From Octopus sinensis (Eukaryota): a stretch of DNA of 64,000 nucleotides. Below the pieces are notes generated by a model that saw only the letters and a list, made by a program, of their open reading frames with translations, did no database searches and was not told the origin of the DNA. The stretch lies in assembly GCF_006345805.1 (NCBI RefSeq), contig NC_042998.1, positions 109,430,001 to 109,494,000 on the forward strand. The letters are read 5' to 3'. Shown here piece by piece: positions 52,674 to 64,000 of the stretch. The position numbers and the translations under genes are program-made. Each line of letters starts with the position of its first letter. The first letter of the stretch is position 1.

Positions 52674-53945
52674 GAAATTATTGTATACAGTTCTTGGGTG
52701 CACCACAACTTGTCAAAAGTGTGTATAAAACATATGCAGTAGTGTACAAATGTCTGGAAAGTGAACAGTGTATGAGTTAGATATATGCTTGCGTGTGTAT
52801 GGAGGGGAGAAAATCAGGTGTAGTGTTGGCGAATCTCAAGAAGCATGGAAGTTTTGAAGGATGCAGTGCTCTGACAACTAACAACTGATGCCGGCAGTTG
52901 TTCCATGCTTCAGCAACTCTTAGCGTGAAAAAATGTTTCCGGAAGTCATAGGAGCTGTGCTGTTTTCTGACTTTGTAAACATGTCCACAGGTGTTAGACA
53001 GGATAAGTTTGAAAAGGTGTTCATAGTTATTGTTAGTAAGATGGTTAACAATTTTATTTGTGTCTGCCAAGTCAGCTGCCAGACGTCGGAGTGTCAATGT
53101 ATCCATCTTCAGGGAAGTATGGTGTTCAGAATATGTCAAAAACCTCTTTTCAGCCGATAATGAAGGACTTTAACTAATTATAGAGATCATTTCTTACACC
53201 CATTGCAGAGAGTTTCACCATAAGTCTTTTGTCTGGCACAGAATTAAAAGCTTTAGCAAAGTCCAGGTAAACAACATCCACCTAGGAGCCACAATCAGTG
53301 ATTCAGGTAATGTCCTCAAGAAACTCGATGAGTTGATTACAGCAGCTGGAGTTAAGAATAAATCCAAATTGTGACTGCTTGATGAGGCTGTGAGACTTCC
53401 AGAAGTTCTAGAGGGTTTCTCTGACACAGAATTCCATCAGTTTGGCGATGCAGCTGGTAAGACTGATGGGGCGATAGTTGACAGGTGATGTGCGGGCACC
53501 TTTTTTGAACAGAGGGATAACACTGGCAGTTTTCCACTACTCTGGAGTAACACCATTGTCAAGACAGAATTGAAAGAATAGTGAAAGTTGGTTTAGAAGA
53601 AAGTATCCACCGTGTTTGAAAAGTAGGTATGTAACACCATCGAGACCAGGAGAGACATAGTTACATTTATTCCTATGGTGGCGTTGTAGCATTGCTGGTG
53701 TAAATTTCATAGTAGTTATAGAGTCCAGTGTTAGAGGTGATGGAGATGGAACATTTTCATCTTCAACAGTAAAGATGCCTGCATAGCATCCAGCAATGAT
53801 TTCTGCACATTCTTTGGGATTATCAGTAATCTGGCTTGTGTGGGGATTGTGAAGGGGGCCAAATGGAGAGTGAGGTCTCTGCCTTGAATGTACATACTTC
53901 CAGAACATTTTGCTGTCAGGGTTGGTTGCTATGCACTGTTCGAAT
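52655..53945 (-). mobile_element. Decayed CR1/L2-group LINE with internal deletion and (ATT)n tail
   Basis: SKMFWKYV..SPGLDG..; VYLDFAKAFNSVP; C-terminal RKHFFTLRVAEAWN. A second 3' fragment lies at 27901-28140. Confidence 0.85.
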
Positions 53946-53991
53946 TCAAGCACTACATATACATACATACATACATACATACATACATACA

Positions 53992-54025
<34 letters not shown>

Positions 54026-54129
54026 AAGAAAAACTTATTAAATAATGTCTTATATTATTGACTGCTATTTCCAGTAAATATTGGTGCTTTGTTGTACCAC
54101 TATCTTATATATATATGTATATATATGTG

Positions 54130-54617
54130 TATATGAGATGGCTTGGGCATGTTAGCCATATGAAAGATGGCAGAATCCCCAAGGACATACTCTACGGAGA
54201 GCTTGCTAGGGGTACTAGGTCTGTGGGTAGACCGATCTTACGTTACAAGGATGTTTGCAAAAGGGATATGAAGGCCTGCAACATCAACATTAGCGGTTGG
54301 GAGGCAGTCGCCGGCAACCGTGGAGAATGGCGACGTACAGTAAAAGAGGGTATACAGAGGAGTGACAGAAAGAGAGAGGAGAAATGGAAAGAAAGGAAGA
54401 GACATAAACAAGAGACCATGGCACTACAACCAGCCAGGAACAGTCTTCGCTACATTTGCAGTACCTGCCAGGGGAGTGTTTGTCCAGGATAGGACTACAC
54501 AGCCACAGCAAGAATGTAACAGGAAATAAAATATAACAGCCAGACTAGACCTAGAAAAAAAAAAAAAAAAAAAAATGTGCAACTCCATTGTCTCCCGAGA
54601 CAGAAAGGATGCCAACA

Positions 54618-54618
<1 letters not shown>
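54130..54618 (+). mobile_element. 3' fragment of a second RTE family (BovB-like C-terminus)
   Basis: RWLGHVSHMKDGRIPKDILYGEL..GRPILRYKDVCKRDMK..YICSTC; flanked by (TA)n tracts. Confidence 0.85.
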
Positions 54619-54698
<80 letters not shown>

Positions 54699-54779
54699 AA
54701 AAGGAGATGTGGAACACGAGTTGTGATATATAAAAAAGGAAATGAAGAAAATGCTGACAAAATAATTTAAGTAAGGGAA

Positions 54780-56667
54780 AGAACTTAAGGACACATTAAC
54801 AAGCAGGGATTACCCCACGTCACTAATTGACAATGGGATCCAACGCGCCCTAAAACTCAGCACACAGGAACTTAGACGCCCTAAACTTGTTACATCGAAA
54901 CCCCATACTCTACCATACATCTCTACACACAACCCCCTCAACAATGAAGCTTTTGACACCATCCTCCAGAACATTCCTGTATTAAAAAAGGACCATAGAA
55001 TGAACCAAATCCTCCTAACACACGAAATCATAAAGAGCAAAAGGTAACCCAAATCATTGAAAACCATCCTAACAAATGCCAAAGTACTGCCAACCACAAC
55101 AACTAAACCCACAGTAAACAAATGCAATAGACCCAACTGTGGTATATGCATCAACCTAATAGAAGGTCCGGAATTCCTTTTTAAACAAGGACAACGTTTC
55201 ACAGTAAAACACAACTTCGCATGCGCATCAGAAAACCTAGTATATGTCTTAACTTGCTCGGGCTGTAATGAACACTACATAGGCCAAACTAAAAATAGCC
55301 TCCGCCGACGCATGACTGTCCATAGGTCCCAAATAAAAATACAGGAATACAGAAAAATAGCACTTAGTGCACATATTGATACCTGTGCCGCACAACTTCA
55401 TCCCAATTTTAGAATCTTTCCCCTCTACAAATTTAAAGACAATGCCACTCATACCCAGCGAATAACCATGGAATCCCACCTTATTAATAAATACAGACCA
55501 CTTCTAAACACATCCCCCTAACACGAACTCACAACAAACACACTTACACCAGCACACACCCTACACACACTTTTACCCAGATATTAACACCATGACACAC
55601 GCAAACATATGATTCCACACATACACATAATTTGATACGGGTGAAAAACATCCAACACTATTTTTTGGAAATGACTGTAAATATTGACTTCACACAAACA
55701 CGTTGCTTCCTGATACAGGCACAAGGCCAGCAGAACTATAAATATTGAAAATTGTACCCACACACGCACACATATATACACGCGCGCGCGCCCCAACATA
55801 CATATAAACACACACACACACATACATACATATAGCTCTTCCTGTCCTAAACGAACTTACTTTTCCAGCTCAAATTTAGTCAAGCGGAAAATACACTCCT
55901 TAACTACGCGCTAAAAAGCTATTCAAAATATCCACATGACGTCTACTGACCAGCCTGAACAATAAGAATTTTCAACAACGCTATTTTCGAAAACTCCGTA
56001 CACCACCTACACCAACATTCATTCTAAACATTCACGTGACCTCTCTATTATGACCACATTCACGTGACCTCTTTATTATGACCAATAAGAAATTTTAGGC
56101 GCGATACCAGCCAAATTTTAACATCTCTGGAGCCTATTTTCTTACCCCAACACCAACTTCCATTCAAACATTCACGTGAACCCTTTATAATGACCAATCA
56201 AAATTGTATTGACCATTGTCCACAAGAAATTTTAGGCGCGAAACCAAGCAAATCTTAAACAACTCTGGAGCCTTTTTTTTTTCACATATAAGAGACAGCA
56301 AACCCAACATAAAGTCAGATAAGAGAAAAAAATAATCAGAAAGGAACTCTATCTCACTCAAAATATCTTTTGATAAGCATAACAAATGTGCAACCGGTAA
56401 ACTCTTACTTTTTTTATTCTACACTGAAATCTGACATTGAACTTTTCCACAAAAAACTGTATATTACACGCTTTTACTAAATATCTTATTCTGAAACAGA
56501 ACACTGTAAAAGACTTACTTTTTTTCTTATACACTGAAATCATTCACAAAAAATGAACATTGTATTCTAACCCAATTTTTCTCTTTTTTTGTTTAAAAAA
56601 AGAACTTTCACCTAATTAAATACACTCTCCCTTACTTAAATTATTTTGTCAGCATTTTCTTCATTTC

Positions 56668-56721
<54 letters not shown>

Positions 56722-56830
56722 AGATAATGGTACAACAATGCACCAATATTTACTGGAAATAGCAGTCGATAATATAAGACGTTATTTAATAATTTTTTCT
56801 TTATGTATATATATATGTATGTATGTATGT
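54780..56830 (+). mobile_element. 5'-truncated Penelope-like element: RT C-terminus, GIY-YIG endonuclease and 3' region
   Basis: KCNRPNCGIC..FACASENLVYVLTCSGCNEHYIGQTKNSLRRRMTVHRSQI..E..LINKYRPLLN* (55057-55521). The upstream frame from about 54780 is interrupted by one TAA near 55045. Confidence 0.88.
56028..56275 (+). repeat. Nested direct repeats in the Penelope 3' region (cattcacgtga.. three times; aagaaattttaggcgcga..ctctggagcct twice)
   Basis: Visible directly in the sequence. Confidence 0.8.
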
Positions 56831-57161
56831 ATTAATGTATGTATATGTGTGTGTATTTTTTTTTATCTAGTTTCAGCTCACAAGCTGTGGCCATGCTGGG
56901 GCACCAAAAACTCTCCTGTCGTTAAATGACATATGATTTGTTTATAGTGATCAAATGTTTGTGTATGCATAAAGTCACTCCCTCCATCAAATCGAAATTA
57001 ACTGTACAGGTGCACTGTGTGCCACATGTCCAATATATCTATTTATCTATCCATCAGTCTGTCTGTCTATAGTTGGAATTTACAAAAAAAAAAAAAAGAC
57101 GAAGACAGGTGTGTAAACAACAAACAGGTGTATTAGTTTAATGCTTGGGAAGGTGAGAAAG

Positions 57162-57200
57162 CCTTTTATGTTTCGAGCCTACGCTCTTCAACAGAAAGGG
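57162..57200 (-). ncRNA. Decayed ultra-minimal hammerhead
   Basis: CCCUUU-CUGUUGA-A GAGC GUAG GCUC-GAAAC AU A-AAAGG. Stem I 5 bp and stem II 4 bp are intact; A6 is U and stem III is mismatched. Confidence 0.45.
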
Positions 57201-57499
57201 ACATAAGAAAATAAACAGAGAGAGAATAAAGAAAGCTTTAGGGGTCGATCATGGCGATATACATATATGTGTATATAATCAGTTTTTTTGGAAAAACATA
57301 AATCTGGAGAAAAAGCACATTCTAAAAAGTAGAGCAGTCTATATTAATTACTGGTGAAGGCCAGTTTATAGGGTGAACCTGAGTTTCTCACCAAGGCCTT
57401 CAGAACCTAAGACCTGATGGCCATGGGCCTTCACTAGTAATTAATATTAATATTAATATATATATATATATATATATAATATATAATATATATATATAT

Positions 57500-57539
<40 letters not shown>

Positions 57540-57540
<1 letters not shown>

Positions 57541-57950
57541 AGAAGATGGAGATTAGGAAGTAGTAATTTGTTATTATTAACAATAAATTTATCATCTTCA
57601 CTTACAACCGTTTCAATTAATACTCAGTAAATATTAAGTAAACATTAAATTCATATTTATATGACTTGAATATAATATCTTCAGAGGGTAAAAAATATAT
57701 TCTTGGATGTATTATATGTGTTTATGGATTCCATAAACATAAAATCCATAAACAATAATCCATAAACACATAATCTATAAACACATATAAAACATCCTAG
57801 GGTATATTTTTTCCCCTCTGATGATATTATGTTCAGGTCATATAAATATAAATTTAATATTTACTAAAATTGAAACAGCTGTAAGTGAAGATGGTAAATT
57901 TGCTGTTAATAATAAACAATTATTAACTTCCTAATCTCCAATTTCTTTTT
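57540..57950. repeat. Fold-back element (~400 bp) with internal atccataaac repeats
   Basis: ggagattaggaagt..catcttcacttaca..tcttcagaggg / ccctctgatga..tgtaagtgaagatg..acttcctaatctcc. Confidence 0.85.
57812..57887 (+). ncRNA. Hammerhead-like motif with long AT-rich stem II; an inverse copy lies at 57603-57690 (-)
   Basis: CUGAUGA(57818)..GAAAC AGCU GUA (palindromic ACAGCUGU); stems I and II are imperfect. Confidence 0.4.
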
Positions 57951-57972
57951 CCTTTTTTATATGAATATAAAC

Positions 57973-58011
<39 letters not shown>

Positions 58012-58032
58012 CACACACACACACACACACAC

Positions 58033-58102
<70 letters not shown>

Positions 58103-59687
58103 TTACCGATTTCGTTTTTGGATTTGGTTTGCACGATTCTTTATATGAGTTCGTGTGTTGAAGCATATTCTGTTGTGTTTGGGGAGAGTCATTTTCTTTT
58201 TGTGCCTTATTATTTAACACACTCACCGGTAAAATTTCCACTTATTTCTTATTTTTATTTTCCTAAAATTTCCGTTGCATGTTGCAACCTTTTTAATAGT
58301 TTTGAATATACCGATTATTTTAAGAAAATTAATTCCCCCAAAATACTAGGTATTGAACCAGTATTTCCTTGGATGAAGTTAACACAACCTCTAATCAAAT
58401 ATATTTTTATATATATCTAAAATTGCGTCATATGCAGTGAGTGTAGAGAGAACACAATATGTGTTGAAAAGTTACTTTTATTTTTTACATTTCTCAATCA
58501 CGTTTGGCATGGCAGCTATAGTTTTATGCCAATCAAAACAATTACTAAGTCAAATAGACACAGATAATTGATCAATATCTATTCAGTCGGTAGAAAAACA
58601 AATAAAATGACTGACGTGGTCTGAATAGATGCTGATCAATTATCTGAGTCAATTTGATTCAATAAGGATTTTTATTGGCACTCCAAACAAAATATGTGGG
58701 TGTGTCTGTGTACGAGTGAGCTTATGTGTATGTCAGTGTGTATGAGTGTGTGTTAGCTTGTGTGTGTGTCTATATGTGTGTTGTGCATTAATGTGCATGT
58801 GCTTCAGTGAGAATACGTGCATGTGTGCGAGTTGGCTGTTCTCCATCTCATTATCATTCAGGTGAGAATGCCAACCAACTCCCAGCCCTGGTGAGAGAGG
58901 AAGCTTTGAACTCAGGACAGTCAAATTTTTCCCATAAAATTTAGCTTACAACAGAAAATATCCAAAGAAACAAAAGAAAATCTTTACCCTTCAGAGACAA
59001 ATATGACTGGCATGGCTGGACTAAAAATTTAGACTATTGCATTGCAACTACTCCTTGTTATAGGAGCATGATGAGGTGGTGGTAGAGTGTTATACTTGCA
59101 TAGTCAATATAATAATTAGTTATAAAGTTTATAACTCACATTTGCAATCAGCTTTGTAAATCGTATGCATTATTAGTAGCTCCAAAGTTGTGGGTTGTTA
59201 TTAATGAATTTTTTATTTTAGTGTTTTATGACACATTACCATAGGTTCACAATATACTTAAAATTAGGACCAACTGCAATGCACTAAATCACAAAAGATA
59301 AAACACGAAAAAATAAAGATAGGAAAACATTAGTTGACAACACAATGATTCTATACAAAACTCATTAAGAAAACAGATGGTTAAAGATGGAAGTAACACT
59401 CATAGGAAAACAGAATGCTGTGCTATGAGATAACATATGAATCTAACAGCCAAAACTTCAAATTATAGCAGTAATATCAATATTGAACCCCTTGATCTTG
59501 TCTACCACACATAAGCAGCAACATCACTTCATCTAGAAGATGAGGATGTAAAAATCTAGAAAAGTTGATTGCGGACTTGGAAACTTTGCTGTTCAAACAA
59601 ACTGTATGAAACTCACAGAAAATATTAAAAAAACAAAAGGCCTTAATAAAATATAACAGAAATACGTGTTTTCACTAAATTATATAA

Positions 59688-59765
<78 letters not shown>

Positions 59766-59871
59766 TATATATATTATATATATATATAAGGATAAGATCG
59801 TTAATTTAATTATCGATCTCATCAAGTGGCCAGCACGGGAATATAAACCTTCAAAGGTAATAATTATTATT

Positions 59872-60585
59872 AAAATTATAATTTAGACTATCTAAGAGAT
59901 ACCTCCACGCTGGAAATAGCAGCCAAAACTTGACTCTACTGTGGTTTTAGAGTCAAGTTTTGTCTGCTATTTCCAGCATGGAGGTATCTCTTAAATACCC
60001 TAAATTATAATTTTTATATATATATATACAAATTTCATTAAATACTTGATTATGTTCAAGTTTAATCTTTTATCTTTTATGTTTTCTATATTTTCTTATT
60101 AGCTTTATACAGTTGGTTTTCAATAAGCTAATAAAGAATATAAAATAAGAAAGATAAAACTTGAACATAGTCAGGTATTTAATGAAACATGCATAAAAGT
60201 AAGCTGTTCTCTCTCTATATATATAATATATTTATATATTCATGTATATTAACACACACATGCATGCACACACACACACATTTTCAGAAAAGCATAAATC
60301 CAAAAGAGAAGCACACTCTATGTTATAGAGCAGTAGAGTATATAGATAAAGATGGATATGGTTGGTCGAAGGAGTTACCCCGGGTTTCATGTCAATTAAA
60401 TGCTTAGCTTTACAGCATTTCTTCAGAACCTAAAATCTATTGGCCTATGGCCTCTCTAGCAAGTGAACTCTCTAGAAAATGGAGGAGGCCATTTGCAAGA
60501 GAGGCCATAGGCCAATGGGTTTTAGAGTCTAAAGAAACACTGTAAAGCTAAGCATTTTATGGACGTGAAACCCAGGGTAATCCTA
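59872..60585. repeat. Three adjacent hairpin elements (59872-60014, 60033-60188, 60371-60585)
   Basis: Each shows imperfect inverted arms of about 65-100 bp that are visible by eye. Confidence 0.8.
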
Positions 60586-60604
60586 TAGACTTGCCATATC
60601 TATC

Positions 60605-60677
<73 letters not shown>

Positions 60678-60734
60678 GTCAGTCTGTCTGTCTATCTATC
60701 TATCTATCTATCTCTCTATCTATCTATCTATCTA

Positions 60735-60766
<32 letters not shown>

Positions 60767-60809
60767 TCTCTCTATCTATCTTTCTCTCTATCTCTCTATC
60801 TCTCTGTCA

Positions 60810-60871
<62 letters not shown>

Positions 60872-61539
60872 ATATATATATATATTATATATATATACTG
60901 TCTATATAGTATATATTTATATTAAATGCACATATTTATTTAATAACTGTTTGACTTAGTTCCACGTTTCTTAAAGTTTTGAGTACATAGAACAAGTGTA
61001 CATCATTAGATATTCAATGTGAAGAGATTTTAAAAGAAATTTAAAGCATCTTTTAGGTGTAAGTATTTACGACTCAGTTGATCAATTCATGTCATGTGGT
61101 TGTTTTATCTAAGTGGCACCAGTTCTTTCACAAGGACCCTCAAATGGTTGAGCAAACAAAATGTAGGCCTCAGTTAGTTGACATCCTGCAAGTTGTGATA
61201 TTTCAATGACATCAGTTCTTACATTGGCTTTTACACATGGTAGAGCAGAAAGGATGTTGATGTCAATTGAAATTAAGTAGACAACAGTTACTACATACAA
61301 AGTTAATTGACTTGAGTGTGTCAGCTTACATATGAGTTGGTGTAACTAGCATGGGCAATAGTAGGCTGTAATTTCTATGACACTATAAATGTGCATTGAC
61401 CAGCTGGTCCTATGTTAGTATTTCTGGGTTCTCTGTGACTGATGATTTGAAGTTCATTTACAGAGCATGCCTCTGATTGCAATAGTATAGGATAGATCTG
61501 TTTTCCTGTTAATAGATATTGAGAGCATGTTGTATGTGT

Positions 61540-62560
61540 GCTTCTCACAGATGCAGAGTTGGCAATTTCATGTATAGATGAGTAAGGAGAGGCTTTCTTA
61601 AGTATGCACTCTTTGATGTTATGGATGTCGTTCTCATGGTCCAGGAGTCTTCAACTGAAGAGAAACTGAGAGTTGAGGTATTCCTTATCATTATACTTGA
61701 AGGTGTGTGCATGTGTATGTGTGTGTGTGTGTGTGTGGTGTGTGTGTGTTGCATGAATCCTTCCTTAATGTCATTGGCTGTCATGGCCATGTAGTATTTC
61801 TTGATGCCATTGGATGGTGGAAAGATAGCTCTACAGACCACAGCTTTTGAAAGGTAAAATCCTCCTTTTGGCAGAATTTTGGTAGTTATATGTTGAAGTG
61901 AAGACTAAAGATTCTGTGGATGTGTGTTTTGTTTTGTTGTATCATGCAATGTTAGAAGCATTATTATCTAAGCATGAGTATCTAGCCTTGAAATTATGCA
62001 AATTAAAGAATTTATGATGTCGAAGGGCCCCTGGTAAAAGTTTTCAAATTAGTGTTAAGAAGTTCCAAGCTATATTTTAGAAACCTTCAGACTGGATGGA
62101 GGAATAAACCAGATTACCTTTTTCTTTCTGACTCTCTTCGGAATTGGGGTGGAGTATCTTCATATGCACTTACTTATCAGCCTTTCTTGCTAGTATCTCA
62201 TTATTGTTGAAGATCTCTCTGTCTGCTGATAAATTAGAGATTCTTCTATTGATATCTGTGATTAAATGTCTAATTACAGCTGGGAGATAGATGGAGTATC
62301 CATGAATATAAACAGCTTTCTCATTGGTTTCTGTACAGTTACCTATCTTGAGAGCTAGGGTTCTGTCCAAGATGTTGATCTTTGTCAAGTTGGTGATAAC
62401 AGTTATATTTTGGCTGAATTCTTTGAAAATATCTATAAGATTCATCTTGAACTTATCTATGATATGGCTGTTTATATGAATTGCCTAAGAACGAACTGTG
62501 ATGGTATGTATGTTTTTAGGCTATCTAGGATAAATAACTTAGGTTTGGCTTGGTTTTATG
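61540..62560 (-). mobile_element. Heavily decayed Penelope-like element (RT C-terminal region and GIY-YIG remnant)
   Basis: AVYIHGYSIYLPAVIRHL..INRRISNLSADREIFN (62170-62445) and VVCRAIF..KKYYMAMTANDIKE (degenerate VYRA..YIG.T..FKE). Confidence 0.6.
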
Positions 62561-62739
62561 ATTGTCTCCGTTTGCTATAGGAGTCTGTAATTTCCTCTAC
62601 TCTGTTGCTGCCATAGCTATTGATATCTGCTGTTGCAATGACCATGTGGTTTATTCACATACATTTATATTATATTTATGTGAATGCATCTATACATGTA
62701 CATATGTAAGTATGTATATATATATATATACACATGTAC

Positions 62740-62770
<31 letters not shown>

Positions 62771-64000
62771 TGTATGTATGTATGTATGTATGCATGTATG
62801 TATGTATGTATGTATGTATGTATGTATGTATGAGCAAACTAAGTAGTATTTACACATGAGCATGCATGGCTTCGTGGTTAAGAAGCTTGCTTCACAATCA
62901 CATGGCCTTAGGTACTGACTACAGTGCTTCTGGGTTTTATACTATAGCTAAACAGTGCCTTGTGAATGGAATTGCTAGATGGAAGCCCATCACATGTGTG
63001 TGTGTGTGTGGTGTGTGTGTGTGTGTGTGTGTGTGCTTGAAATTATTACCTTCACTTTTTTGCATGAAGTTGTTTTTGCAAAAGAAAAAAAAAATGATGT
63101 ATTGATATGTTTAGCGAACATAATATCCTTTTGCTTTGCACATTCAATTTTACTGAAGTAAAAAATTCCGTACAAGAAGAACTGGTACAAGTTGTTGACA
63201 GGAAGAGCATCTAATGTAAGATACAGCAACCAATAAGTATCCAGCCAGCCAATACCAGCATAGAAAAACTGACTTAAAATAAACAAAACAAATAACATGC
63301 ATACACATTCATATTTACAAATACATATACACCCACTCACACACATATAGGCACATGGGTGTGTGTGTGTGTGCATGTGAATGCATCAATATAATTCTGT
63401 ATAAAAACTGCGTGGGGGTGTGCATGTAAGAATGCATGGGAACGAATGTGTGCAGTGTATTTGGACAAGTGCAAGTGTATGAGTGTGAATTCTCACCTGT
63501 TGGTAAGCACACAGGTGCAGTGGTGCCAGACCATTTTGTGGGTATTCATGTGTGAATGTTTTAGCATTTGCAGTTTTGAGTGTCTGTCAGCAGTAGGTAT
63601 ACTTCCTCCCAAAACTGTTGTTTATTCCTCCAAAGGCAATAAAGGATGCATTGACCTCCTCCCTCGCTATCCTCTGGAGAAACGCCTTTTCCATTTTGTG
63701 TGCCAGTGCCATGAGAATGTCTCAATATTGTGAGAGGCAAGATTCTTCATTAACAGAAGCTTCTATTATTACCCAACTATAAAATGTAATGTATTGATTC
63801 AAAGATTCTTTTCCACATCTTAGCACTCTTGTGGAATGTCATTTTCTTCCCTTTGAACTTCGTTTGATCTTATTTGTAACCACCTTCATTATCAACTTTG
63901 TGTGAAAGGCAGCAAGCTGGCAGAAACATAATCAAAATGCTTAGTGGTATTTTGTCTGTCTTTACGTTCTGAGTTCAAATTCCGCCAAGGTCGACTTCAC

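Overview
This is AT-rich, microsatellite-saturated eukaryotic DNA. The repeat landscape (tRNA-type SINEs, RTE/CR1/Penelope remnants, long (TA)n/(CA)n/(AAT)n/(AGAT)n tracts) looks like coleoid cephalopod (Octopus-like) sequence; the species is inferred, not proven. One gene is secure: the last coding exon (14901-16420, +) of an HCN/Ih hyperpolarisation-activated cyclic-nucleotide-gated channel, with an unusually long charged tail. Its preceding exon was not found in the window. A tentative spliced minus-strand transcript (candidate exons 7510 to 67) therefore appears nested antisense in the last HCN intron. The rest is repeats: decayed RTE, CR1 and Penelope-like (GIY-YIG) retroelements, SINEs, TTAA-flanked MITEs and many fold-back elements. 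The main observation is about 16 minimal type-I hammerhead-ribozyme-like motifs (CUGANGA..GAAAC-short, often palindromic stem III-GUH) from several unrelated sequence families, found by eye. Most lie in inverted fold-back elements or a ~300-bp tandem repeat, beside Penelope remnants, one of which shows an inverted terminal duplication. Together these suggest a family of non-autonomous, ribozyme-bearing mini-elements derived from Penelope-like elements. Nearly all entries in the ORF track are microsatellite or antisense artefacts. Coordinates were read by hand and may be off by a few bases.
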